A stretch of 64,000 bases of DNA from Eledone cirrhosa (lineage: Eukaryota): NCBI GenBank assembly GCA_964016885.1, contig OZ024745.1:75144001-75208000 (forward strand), read 5' to 3'. This document shows positions 37,689 to 50,651 of the stretch, one piece after another. The stretch's first letter is position 1, and the number at the start of each line of letters is the position of its first letter. The notes beneath the pieces are model-generated. The model saw nothing but the letters and a program-made list of their open reading frames with translations, made no database searches and had not been told where the DNA came from. The translations under genes and the position numbers were made by a program.

Positions 37689-39616
37689 CTGAAAAAAAAA
37701 AAAATCAACATCATCATATATCCATTTTCCATGCTGACATGGGTAAGATGGACCGTCATGGTCCCAGAGTAGGTTGGTTGGAGGGGCCACGTCATGCTCA
37801 TATGTTCCATATTTGGTTTGATTTCTATAGCTGGATGCCTTTCCTAATATTGACCACTGTACAGAATGTACTGGGTGCATTTTACTATATCATCAGCACT
37901 AAAGAGGTTGTCATGTACTCAGCAAGACTGAAGAGTCCTCGCCACCCTATCTTAATATATATATTTTTAAAAGTTTAATGAATAAACATTGTAGTCTCTG
38001 ATCGAGATGAAGTGAGACTATTTGAATTCATATAAAAATGAGAAAACTCATCGCTAGAAAAGCCATCACCCACCTTGGGGATTGTCTCTCTGCTGACCAC
38101 TGGCCACTGGTCTCTGTCCTCTTGAGGCATTTTTGCCCACTGCTGTCATTGACAGCATTTGGCTGTTTTATAGATGTTCTAGTGATGAGTTTTCTCATTT
38201 TTATATGAATTCTAAAAGTTTGTTTGTATGTCTGTTTCTCCTCCCCAACTTTTATTTTTATGTAACAACCATTTGTTTCTACTCTGCTTCCTCACTTCAG
38301 ATTTTTTTTGTTTTACTTCTCTCCCCTTTCCTCATTCTCTTTCATTTATCATTTCGGTCTCATCCTTTTTTGCACACTTACAACTTTCCTAACACATCCT
38401 TAAAGACACTACTGTTTTGCTGGTGTCACGAGTGCTCTCCCACTCTATCCCTTTGTTATCGCCTCTCTCTTTCTCTCTCTCTCTCAACTTTGGAATATTT
38501 TCTTACATTTGCACGTTATCAAAAACTATTTCATAAAAAAAAAAGAAAGGAAAAGTAACAGACAGTATGTAAATATGTATGTTTGTGTGGAGATGCACAC
38601 ATAATATAAAATATTCTTGCTCACACGCATGTACATACACAAATGGTATATATTTTAATTACCAATTTCCATGTCATTTTTTTTTTGTTAGGTCTGCAAA
38701 GAAGGGGCTGGGCCCATGATCTTTGCAGGCTCACTAAGGCTGATGAAATTGGGTGCTTGTTTACATTCAATTGAAATTGTTGCAGGTTGATTCCTGCAAT
38801 GAAGGACATATGCAGGGAAATAATTCCAGAGAGGAAAGACTGGGTGTATTGGTTAGTGGAGGGCTTGGAAAGTTGGATACAAAATAGGTGATGAGAAGAG
38901 GTGAGACAAATGAGGCAGGAATGTCTAAGTAAAGGTTGTACGAGGCCAGCGAACTCTGAGGAGAAGGGGCCATGGTAGTATGATAAAAAAGCAGAGAAAG
39001 GTGACAGAACATCTGTAGGCCAAAGCCTGGAGTGTATCTGTCAGTAAATCTATACCAGACAAAGAACCTTTTTCTGGATGCAGTTTAGGATGTTTTTATG
39101 TGCGTGAGCAGTACTCCACTTTAAATCGTACATGAGTTTTGTAAAAAATCAGAAGTTGTTAAGGGTTAAAGTCATTTCTGGCTCTAAAGAGAAGAGCCAG
39201 TTTTTTTTAACTCTTTCATTACCATATTTCTAATGTAAAACACTTCTGATGATTTTCAAATAATTTTCAAAATAATGAAGAAATTGGAGAGGTTTAGTCA
39301 TTTCTTATTATTAAGTTGGTGTTTAGAGCATACAATTCTGTACTGGATGTATTTTATCATATCCCCATCACTACCACTTTACAGAGTGTACTGAGTGTAT
39401 TTTATTGCAGTGCCAGCACTACCATTTTTCAGAGTGCACTGGGTGTATTTTATACTATACTTTTGGAATATCCACCTCCACTACCAAAGAGATCACTTAG
39501 CTATCAAAAGCTATCAACTACTTCTAAGGAACCTTTTGAGCAAAATTAAATGATAGACATGCACACATAGTTGTATGTCATAAGACAAATAAATAATTGA
39601 AAAACATAAAACAAAC

Positions 39617-40014
39617 CCTTGCATCTTGATATCGTAAGGCGCGGTTTCTCCTCTTTATCATCATATTATACAAGTCAATATCAGGTTGTACCCCCAAACT
39701 TTTCATGTAATCCAGAATTTCAACCTCTGCATTATTGTTTAATGGTAGACAGTCAATGATTTGAGAAAAGGTTTGAATATTTGGTTTAACGCCGTTTATC
39801 TCCATATCTTTAAGAATGCTGAAAGGTCCACCTATAAGAGCAAGTCGGTTATCTGGGTAGGTAAGATCAAGTTCCTTTGTTTTTTGTGACTGAGCAAAAT
39901 AACTGGGATCATTTTCAATTAAATCACTAATTGGTTGAACCATCTGATTCACTAAAGAATGATTGATACTGCCAACTGCAACTTCACAATCTTCAGTTCT
40001 TTCATTTATTTTTG
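39617..40014 (-). CDS. PTCD1: PTCD1 coding exon 6
   Basis: PDNRLALIGG...GVKPNIQTFSQ...GVQPDIDLYNMMIKRR. Confidence 0.93.
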
Positions 40015-40310
40015 CTGAAATAAAAAAAAACGAAAGATTGTCATATGTATAAGGTTCAAACCTAAATATATGATTTTCAAACTATTTTTACATCTACAGG
40101 CATGGCTTTATAAGTTCGCTTCACAATTACCAACGTAATGAAAAGTTCATGACTTTGGGTAAATGAAAATACAGGAGGATCAGTTAAAAGAAAACACAGG
40201 AGGATCAGTAAACAACCAGAACAAATATGGCATCTTATCTGATGCTCTGCCAATTCCCTATTAGAATATAGTGTTTAAAAACAAAATCCAACTTAAGAAA
40301 GAGAAAATAC

Positions 40311-40479
40311 CTTCAACTGCTGAAGTTGACTGGTTATGGGTTGGTGGTGCAACGAATCTTTTGGGGAAATTCGCAATGTTATTAGTGGTACCAAATCCTG
40401 AATCTCTGATGGTACGAATTAATAAGTTGTAGAGTGGAAGGTCTGGTTTGATCTTCAGAGACTTCATCTGTTTCCAAAT
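40311..40479 (-). CDS. PTCD1: PTCD1 coding exon 5
   Basis: IWKQMKSLKIKPDLPLYNLLIRTIRDSGFG. Confidence 0.92.
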
Positions 40480-42050
40480 CTATTGAGGGAAAACAAATAA
40501 TCAAACAAAAGTATTTATATGGGTTTAGGTATGGCTGTGTGGTTACGAAGACTGATAACAAATATATTCCTGATTCTGATCATCAATTGTTAATTAGCTA
40601 GCTCTGTTATCATTAACTCTACATTTGATGACACTGCCATCACTGCCGCCAACACCACTACCACTATCAGGTATGTAGAATTAATCTCAGGTCCCAAATA
40701 TCCCCTCCCCACCACTTATTAAATTTTGCTAAGCTATCGCCAGCGAAATTTTATTTTAAGTGGTAACATTTAATTTTCTTTATACATTAAAAAACATTAC
40801 TAGAAATTTCATACGTTATAAAATAAATAGGACGGGTAAACTAAACTAATTCTCATTTAATAAAAAAATAAAATGAAGGGAGACAACCTAGAAAAATTAG
40901 ATTCCTTCTCATATTATTTGGGATATGAGAGTAAATACTTTATTCCGAGATACAATAAAATGGCTGTAAACCCAAGACCAGCCGTTTTATCACCCCTATA
41001 AACAAATAAATAAATAAAAATCAAGATAAAAAATCCCAGTATCACCTGAATTTGCTTCAAAACTAATGAGAGATCTACATGTCTTCTCAACCTGCAGAAA
41101 GCAACAGTCAAATCTCCCACAAATTATTATCTACTGACTTGAAAAAGACAAAGATGTGTAGTCTTTGGTGGTAGACTTAATTTGTTATTTGGTTTAACAC
41201 CACCATCTGGCTCTTGGGTGCCTTAAGAGGAATTTGTTAGGTACAAGCATATGGATTGGGTCTCCAGTTTAAGGATTGCCCCCAGTCATGGAGACTTAAA
41301 AAGGATTATAGACACTTTCCTTCCCTCCCTGGTGGGTACACTATTCTCAAATACAATATGAGTCATAGCTTGAATGACTTTGATCATAGGTTTCCTTGAT
41401 CTGGGTCAACCTGGGGCTAAACAACATCTCTGAAACCAAATATTTATAAAGAGATGGAAAACATTTGAAATGTCAGATGGCAAGGTTACTCTTTCACTAC
41501 CTTCAAATAACAAGAATTTGGAGTGATTTAGTAATATAATTAACTTTCTCATTAATTAGCTGGTTTTGGAACATATGCAGATTTGTTTGCAGGATGCAGC
41601 CCAATCACAGCCCCACCCTTAGGCCCTGAGCCCATCACCCTCTCCCCTCCCTTTCTTCTGTGCCCTTGCTTTTTCCTTCCTTTTCCTCTCATTTATGGCA
41701 TTTATAGTCCTTTCCTCTACTTTCCCATACAGCCATATCTACCCTTCTTTATCCCTTTCCCTTTTTTCTCATTATTTAATTTTGTTTTTATCTTTCTTTT
41801 TCATATCTATGTAATTATCAATGGTTTTTAAGTCAACTTGTAAGTTTAAAAATTTTTGTTTTCATCTTTGAAATGGTGAAATGGATAACTAATAGATGAG
41901 CAACAGTAAAATATATTCCTACAGACAAAAAGTAAAAAATTATTTTTAGAGATTTTTACATCAAATAAGGAAGGTTTAAAAAATATATATAAACACTATA
42001 AAATAAACAAAGGCAGTTTCAAGAGGTTTGGTATTAAAAGTTGTGTTTAC

Positions 42051-42368
42051 CTGTAGAGCATGTCTGAATCCTGCCTTTTTATCTGATATACAACCCATTA
42101 GTAGAAAGCTAAATAGTTCAGTGTCTGGAGGATGTATTTCACAGTAGGTATCGGCAACCTTGAATGCCGTCTCAATATCACCACATATGCTGTAAGACTT
42201 GATCATTGCTTTATATGTAATGGGATGAAGAGGTATTCCTTTTTCAATGATCAAGTCATGGAGTTTGCGAGTCCTTCTTAGACCATCGTTCAACCAAGGG
42301 GAATTGGAACAGCAGTTAAATAAATTAGTGTACGTGTGACCATTAGGTTGTAAGCCCATTTTCTTCAT
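42051..42368 (-). CDS. PTCD1: PTCD1 coding exon 4
   Basis: MKKMGLQPNGHTYTNLFNCCSNSPW...FSFLLMGCISDKKAGFRHALQ. Confidence 0.96.
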
Positions 42369-43270
42369 CTGAAATAGATATTATTTTGTTAGTACAAAAA
42401 CATACCCTCTTTTTTTTTGTAGCTTGGGTTTTAGGTACATTGTATCCCTGTATGTTGTAGGAGGTGGCTAGGTTGGTGTCAAGAAAGACATTTGGTTGTA
42501 AAATACTACCTCAAATCCACAAGCCATGTCAGAAAGGGAAAGATGGATGCAAAAAAAGACGATAATGAGGGATTAGCAGAATCAATAGAGTGATATTCAA
42601 AGGTTGATGAAATAAGTATGGGTCAAGTACAACGTTGATATAATCGACTATTTCCTTCACCAACATTTATAGCCTTGTGCCTGTTGGAAACCGGTGGATT
42701 GGCAGTATCGGGAAAGCATTGGACATGCTTTGAGGCATATAGTTATGGCCCTTTATGTTCTGAGTTTAAATCCTGCCGAGGTTAGCTTTGCTTTTCGTCC
42801 TTATGGGGTTGATAAGATAAAGTACCAGTAATGCACTGGGGTCGATTTAATCGACTTCCCCTCTCCCCAAATTCTTGACTTTGTGCTTAAATCAGAAACC
42901 ATTATTATTACTGTTGTTATTATAAAGGGCTGTGGATCGGCAGTATCGGTAGAGCGTCAGACAACATGCTTTATGACATAGTTACGGCCCTTTATGCTCT
43001 GAGTTCAATTCCTGCCAAGGTTAGCTTTGCCTTTCATCCTTATGTGCTGGAGTCGATTTAATTGACTTTCCCCTCCCCCAAAATTGTTGGCCTTCTGCCT
43101 AAATCAGAAACCATTATCATTATTATATGGTATAAGACAGGGAGGCATATATTTTGCATGACTTTACTCAAATCTTGTGTTCCCATACCATTGATCGTTG
43201 GTTGAGATTTGTATATAATTATCAGATGTATATATTTATCAGACCATAAAAGCATCATAGAAAGACTTAC

Positions 43271-43411
43271 TTTATTAAACAAACTGAAAGATTTCTTGGT
43301 GTACCCAGCTTTTCCAAGAATACTAAAAAGTTGGTCAAAAACATAAGGTGTTGGCATGACACGGTCCCTTTTTAGCATCAATTCTTCCAGTGTATCAATA
43401 GCTTCCAAAAT
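43271..43411 (-). CDS. PTCD1: PTCD1 coding exon 3
   Basis: ILEAIDTLEELMLKRDRVMP...GKAGYTKKSFSLFNK. Confidence 0.93.
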
Positions 43412-43968
43412 CTTCGAAATAAAAAACACACACACACAAAATTGAGAATGGTGAAAAAGAATCCCTTCCTCACCCCACCCCACCAAAAAGCTGCAATACA
43501 AGAAATTGATTACTGAGAAATAATCTTAGAAGTAAAATTGGTATTTTTTCATTATAAAGTGGTTGTTGTTAGGAAGGGCATCTAATAGTAGAAACCATGT
43601 AACGACCCGTCCAGCCCATTCCAGCATTGAAAGTGGATGAAATAATGATGAGACCCTCACCACATCATCCTAGGTCTTCCCCTTCCATATATATATATAT
43701 AAAACCTTTTGTATATATCGTTATTTTGTTGTGTGTATAGTTTGTGCCTTCGGTTGGTCCTCTTGGTGTTACATTTTTTAACTATGGTGTTTAACTCTGG
43801 ACTTAATGTTTGTTTTTAACTTTCGATCCATTGAGTGCTCTGTGATTGCCTCAAAACAAATTGAATAGTACTTGTTGAACTGCAGTTAAAGTTCGATTTA
43901 CAAATATATATATATATATATATTATAAAATAACAGGAGGCTGGACTGGTGTAATTCCTTAAAGAAAA

Positions 43969-44004
<36 letters not shown>

Positions 44005-44011
<7 letters not shown>

Positions 44012-45101
44012 CAAATAACGAAACGAAATTAAATTTTGTTTCGTTTGTAACTCACTTTTGTATGACTGACGCTTAAACAATTAAGTTAAAAATGTACATC
44101 TACATATGCATACTGAAATACTAGTGTGTATATGAATACACACACGTATACATATGTATATGTAACAAGTCTTTCACTGGTTGCTTTACTGTGAGCAACC
44201 CAGCTATTCTGTATGTAAACACACAGACAAACCGGTTTTTAGAGTCATACTGGTTTTCGGGGGAACACCTTCCCTCTATTCTCCAGAAAGCCAGACAAGG
44301 AATATTGAACTAGTTTCGTTGTTGTTACAACTCATCAGCAATATTTACCTATCTACCGGCCCTTCTGGAGAATTGTAAAAGCACATATCGTTATATGCTT
44401 TTTCTATGAAAATTAGTAGTGGGCAGACTAATTTGCATAGAGTGTGAGTACGCACCGGTTCAGCAGAGACGATAAAAACAAATAACGAAACGAAATTAAA
44501 TTTCGTTTCGTTTGTAACTCACTTTTGTATGACTGACGCTTAAACAATTAAGTTAAAAATGTACATCTACATATGCATACTGAAATACTAGTGTGTATAT
44601 GAATACACACACGTATACATATGTATATGTAACAAGTCTTTCACTGGTTGCTTTACTGTGAGCAACCCAGCTATTCTGTATGTAAACACACAGACAAACC
44701 GGTTTTTAGAGTCATACTGGTTTTCGGGGGAACACCTTCCCTCTATTCTCCAGAAAGCCAGACAAGGAATATTGAACTAGTTTCGTTGTTGTTACAACTC
44801 ATCAGCAATATTTACCTATCTACCGGCCCTTCTGGAGAATTGTAAAAGCACATATCGTTATATGCTTTTTCTATGAAAATTAGTAGTGGGCAGACTAATT
44901 TGCATAGAGTGTGAGTACGCACCGGTTCAGCGGAGACGATAAAAACAAATAACGAAACAAAATTAAATTTCGTTTCGTTTGTAACTCACTTTTGTAAGCA
45001 ACCAGTGAAAGACTTGTTACATATACATATGTATACGTGTGTGTATTCATATACACACTAGTATTTCAGTATGCATATGTAGATGTACATTTTTAACTTA
45101 A

Positions 45102-45103
<2 letters not shown>
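44005..45103 (-). mobile_element. Retrozyme-like tandem repeat: 467-bp unit x about 2.1 (44005-44996) + inverted partial copy (44996-45103)
   Basis: Unit starts at 44005, 44472, 44939; HHR per unit on the minus strand; (TA)n on both sides. Confidence 0.85.
44301..44345 (-). ncRNA. Type-I hammerhead ribozyme (second copy 44768-44812)
   Basis: Minus strand AATATTG-CTGATGA-GTTG(taacaa)CAAC-GAAA-CTAG-TT-CAATATT; perfect 7-bp stem I, palindromic ACTAGT in stem III. Confidence 0.9.
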
Positions 45104-45186
<83 letters not shown>

Positions 45187-45189
<3 letters not shown>

Positions 45190-45528
45190 GCACATGGCTT
45201 AGCTTAGTGGTTAGAGCATTGGCCTTGCAATCGAAAGGTTGTGAGTTCAGTTCTCAGACCGGGTGATATGTTGTTTCCTTGAGCAAGACACTTTATTTCA
45301 CACTGCTCCAGTTTACTCAGCTGTAGAAATGAGATGATAGGGACTGGGGTCCATATCGTTCCACTGCAAAGTGGTCGTGGAGGTGCCACCGCAAAAAAGC
45401 ACCCAGCACTCACTGTAAATGAGGTTGGTGTTAGGAAGGGCATCCAGCTGTAGAAATCAAGCCAGAATCAGTTCCCGTCCCACCCTTGCAAGCAGGGAAA
45501 AGCGGACGTAAAATGATGATGATGATGA
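45187..45528 (+). mobile_element. tRNA/CORE-like SINE with RTE tail
   Basis: Same family as 6898-7193. Confidence 0.9.
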
Positions 45529-46345
45529 TACAGATACAAGCATGGTTATGTGGTAACTTGGTCAAGAGACATGTACTATAGCCTCAGGTTGACTAATGCT
45601 TGGTGAGTGAATTTGGTAAACCGAAAAAGAAAAAAAAGCTTGATGTGTGTGTGTGTATATCTCTCTCTATATAGTGCTGGTACCACAATAAAATACATCC
45701 AGTACATAAGATGGTTGGTTATAAGAAGGGCATCCTGCTGTAGAAAACCTACCGACATGGAAAAAAGGAGGTATAATATATATATATATGGTTGAACACA
45801 TGTCAGTATGGAAAGCAGACATAAAATGAAGATAATTGTGTGTGTCTGTGTGATTTCTGCGTCCATGGTTATATTGACACCGTTTAAAGCAAGAGGTGAC
45901 GTTCGTTTATGATCAGCATAAACAATATCTCCTACAGCATATGATTGAGCAGTATATATCATAGGTAAAAAAAAAAAATGCCTAAAAAAGTCCTGTTCAA
46001 GCCATAAGAAAGCAGATGTAAAAACACCATCACTTATTATAATGTTGATATATCAGTGGAGGCTATATTCTAACAGAAATAACAGCTATATTCTAACAGA
46101 AATATTCGGTAGTCAATATCCAACTGAATTACCTCCCCTTTCATCTGCGTCTCATTTGCAGTTGGTATTGTTCAAGAATGATGAAATAAGTACAACATAC
46201 GTACTGGGGTCGATATAATCAATTAAAAGCATAAGGTGGTGCCATATTACAGCGACTTAAACTAGTGAAAAAGGAATTTAAATAAAAAAAGAGAAATAAA
46301 AAAACAGCAAAGAAGATGAGTTGAAAGTCAGGAAAGAAAACTTAC

Positions 46346-46469
46346 CTTTCCTTCTTTTCCCAGTTGTTTGATCCTGCCACCGTACCAATACGGCTCATGT
46401 AACCTTCCCGTAGGAGAAAGTCGGATGTGAGTCCGACCTTCCTTTTCATCTCGCTTGTCATGGATGAAA
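46346..46469 (-). CDS. PTCD1: PTCD1 coding exon 2
   Basis: FIHDKRDEKEG...HEPYWYGGRIKQLGKEGK, matching the PYWY...KEGK motif of PTCD1; phases fit. Confidence 0.9.
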
Positions 46470-46861
46470 CTGCAATGAGAAATGCAACAATCATTTTAAC
46501 CATTTCGATACTAGTCAGGCCAAAACTGACACTGGTTCAATGAAATGACACCACTTACTTCAAAGGATTCATATTTAAATTAAAATCGTCTAATATAACT
46601 TTATATAAGAACTATATGTTAAGTTACTATCTTAGAAATACAGTCATGAAAGGGCTAAGGTCATTTTCCTTGCTAAAGCAGTAGTTAGCATTGTGGACCC
46701 TATATATATATACACACACACACTCACATACATATGTATACACACACACACACACACACATATGTATCTATATATACACATATACATAGACACATGCGTA
46801 TATACATAAATATACACATATATATATACATAAACATACATATATATATAGACACATACAT

Positions 46862-46998
46862 ATCATCATCATCATCATTTTATGTCCGCTCTTCCCTGCT
46901 TGCAAGGGTGGGATGGGTCTTACTCAGCACAGCATCTCTCCACTTGTCACGGTCCTTCGTCATCTCCACCGTGAGCTTCAGCAATCCGAGGTCTGTCC
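46862..46998 (-). mobile_element. Short RTE 3' tail
   Basis: Reverse-complement homolog of 6275-6405. Confidence 0.8.
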
Positions 46999-48041
46999 AC
47001 AATGCTAAGCACTGCTTTAGCAAGGAAAATGACCTTAGCCCTTTCATGACTGTATTTCTAAGATAGTAACATATATACATATATATATATATATCAGAAT
47101 AGAAGCAGTAAAAACCAGTTAGACCATTACTCACCAGAGTACTTGATACTTGGAGTATTTCTATGTCCCCGCACATATATACACACATGTACATACATAT
47201 ATACATATAAACACACATGTATATATATGTATATACATATTCACACATTTTTGGATGGCCGTTGACTCTTATGAGTTCTTCTGCCTTTTGTCAGGTTTTG
47301 TTTTTTTTCCTGCAGGGTGTCCAAAATCACCCTCCTCACTAAGTAAACTTAGTGGGGTTGCCGGTTTAGTCGCCGACGACCCGACCATAAGACAGGATGT
47401 ACTGGGTTACATGTTACCAGTAACACTCGAGAGCGACCTGACATACATACATATATATATGTAAAAGGTAAACGGTACATACATATATATATACATGTAT
47501 GGGCGATAGAATATGCATGTGTATTTTTTTCTCATTTTACCCCGTTCCTTCCTCTTATCACTCTTAACTTCTTTTTCTACTCTATCTTCTGATAAAGGAC
47601 TAGTGCCCGAAATGTTAAGACTCTCTTCTTTCTATTTTAAGTGGTAAACTAATATATTTCTTTGATGTACTCTGCTATTTGTTTTGTTATTTCTGTTTAC
47701 CTTTTACATATACATATATATATATACATACGTATATATTATATATACGTACATATATGTGTGTGTATGTATATATATGTGTGTGTATATATACGTACAT
47801 ATATATGTGTGTATGTAGGGTTGGCATACTCAAGTGGAGCTACATCTCGTTCACTCACATTCCCATACTGGTATTTACTCTTTTGGGGGAAATAACTACA
47901 CGAAGGGAAGTAACTCAATAGATGATCTCAACCATTCAGTAAAGAAATACAAATCGATAAAATGACTATGTACTGGAGAGAAGATCGATATTATTGACAA
48001 AGCACCTTGAAATCATTAAAAGAATAAAATAAGAAACTAAC

Positions 48042-48601
48042 CTGTTATCTTCATCTTCATCATGAGACAATTTCTCTTGTTCTAATGTGTTACTTAGACT
48101 CCCAAAATTTTCAGACCAAGAAGATTGTTTTCTTTCAGATTTCAAGGAAGGATAATTCTTTAATGACACTTTCTTTGGTTTTTCATCAATAATTCTCTTT
48201 CGTTCAGTTGTAGAAGTCTTTTTCAAAGGTTGCGGTGTATATTTCTTTGTATTTTGCCAAATATTACCAAAAGAATCGATATCATGTGAAGATGGTACAG
48301 TTGTTTCTAACCATTTATTATTTTCTGCCTTTTCTTCTGCAGTCAAAATTCTCTTAAAACGTTTCCGATGCTCTCTGTTCTTTTTAATTTCCTTATTTTC
48401 AGGAAGATTTAGAGAATGTTCTGTTGAAGTAGAAATAACAGTACAGAAGTTGCTGGTTCCAGTTGAGATGACAGTCTGGGTTAGTTGCTGAGTGAGATTA
48501 TCCAAGATAGTCAATGAAGATATTTTGTTGTGACATATGTTCTTTGTAATACCAGGCTGCAACTGAATTGCTTTTATAACTCCTATTAGTAACTTTGACA
48601 T
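48042..48601 (-). CDS. PTCD1: PTCD1 coding exon 1 (N-terminal, probable mitochondrial targeting region)
   Basis: MSKLLIGVIKAIQL...FGSLS..; acceptor before 48616, donor gttagt at 48041; total CDS 2160 nt. Confidence 0.8.
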
Positions 48602-50269
48602 TGTGTTATAGTAAATCTGCAAAAACAAGATAAATTCTTAAAATAATGATGATATACACACATTTATGGTTAGTGATTGAACTGTAAAAATGAAGGGTAG
48701 AGAGGACTCTTTATTCATGTCAAAGACATGACAACCTATCTATTGCTTTGATAAAATGCACCCAGTATACTCTGTAAGCTAGTTGGTATAAGGACATTTC
48801 ACTATTGAATATTGAGATATCTGTGCTGTCTCTGTACACTCTGAGTTCAAATCTCACCTCCCATCACCAGAAAAGTGGTAACATTTCTGCCAGGAGTTAC
48901 AACCATCAGATAGTATCTGCAACAGAAGCAGTTTCCTTTGTCTGATCTAAGTGATTTGCCCTTTTCCTTTCCTTATCTATTAACATATGATTTTCTGTGA
49001 TTGGGTAATGAATGGATGGGTTTCTAGTACAACATTTAGAAATGGGTGTCAGGCCATGTGGAACCTTATGTTTCAGAGGAGGATTAAGTTTTAAATAACA
49101 CCAGGGTTTGTTTTTAAAATGGAAAGCCAGAGTATTAGGCATCAGCATCTCCTTCTTGGGTATTTTTAGCAGAATTCACTTCATTGCAAGCATATTAACC
49201 AGGCAACTTGGCCCCACCCTATTCATGCTTTTTTTCGCAGATTTTTCTTTATTCATGCTGAACATCAGTCACATCAACCTCACCAAAAGGGAAAGAAAAG
49301 TGGAGAAACTAAGTGGTATTTCAATTGTAAAGTGTAGTTCTACTAGATTTTAGATGGAGACACTAATATGATTCAGGGATCCTCACTTGATATGTTAGAT
49401 CTGGAAGCAAAATCTCCATCAGATCAGACATGTATTTAAAAAGAAACATAAATCCTGCTTGGAAAAAAAAAAAAGGCAGATGGTTAAGGTTTGTACACCT
49501 TCGATCATAGGTTTACTTGATCAGGATTGACCCGGGCAACAATTAGTATTCTGGTTTCACAGACATGAAATTGAACTCAGTACAAATTAATTAACCACTA
49601 ATTAACCAATCTGATAGTAGTGCTGCTGTTCTTACACTGTGGTACCTATTTACAGCTAGTTAGACTGAGGTCTTGGAGAGTTAAATATTTTTGACATGTT
49701 CAGTTGATGATAAATATACAGAATTACAACAGAAGTAGAATGGCTAAGTAATTCAGGATTACACTATCTGCTCAGAGGTCATTGGTTCACGTTATTATTT
49801 CCAACCTTTTATTCTTTCACTAATTTCATTCTTTGGCCTGTAGTCAGACTGGGTCTTCATATGTTTTAGTCGAATATATTACATTTTTATCTATTGAATG
49901 GTTAAGCCCATCACTAGCTTAAAGGGAAGTAACTTAAGAAGATTCTTTTTGCTCGACGTATCAATACAACCCCACCCATTATCATCTACCAACCTAGATA
50001 TCTATCTATCCCTTTTATTGGTACCAGTTATTAGGCTACAGATATGCAAGGCATTGATTTAGTCACTCATATCGACCCCAGTGCTTATCATAGTGATCCC
50101 CTTTTTTGTCGAATTGCTAAGTTACGGGATATAAACACACACACACACATATATGTATGTATATACAACAGGCGTCTGTAGTTTCTGCCTACCAAATTCC
50201 ACTGACAAAGCATTGGTCAACTCAAGGCCATAATAGACGACATTTGCCCATCATGTTTTAGTCTGGCGT

Positions 50270-50644
50270 GTTCATTTAGTGCTGAATTGTCTTTTTAGTT
50301 CATTCTAGTGTTCATCTCTCCTCTCTCCTATGCTGCAGGCTGTCTCTCTTATGTACTTCGCTGTCATGTTTTTGCAGACACCTTCTGTACATCTTATACT
50401 ATAGACTACATTTGTAGTTTTACAATTTATTAGTGGACTCTACATATTACACATTTCTTATTTGTACAGTGGGTTTACTTAAAGGGGTAAGTTTTATTGA
50501 TCAGGGATTTTATGGTAGTTCCTGAATTTTCTACCACTTCAATATTTAAATAGGTTTTTCTTAGGGCCTTTCTAAATCAACAAGCTAGTTCACCTCCAGG
50601 GGTTGCATTCATGAACATGACACTCTGGTATCTCTGGTTGTCGT
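50270..50644 (-). mobile_element. Degenerate Penelope fragment related to the 59.7-62.5 kb element
   Basis: Aligns by eye with about 60585-60903 (e.g. catgacactctggtatctctggttgtcgta). Confidence 0.8.
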
Positions 50645-50651
50645 ATATATA

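Noticed and set aside
44181-44845. Duplicated 65-aa ORF
   Set aside because: Non-ATG start, antisense to the HHR, simply repeated with the 467-bp unit
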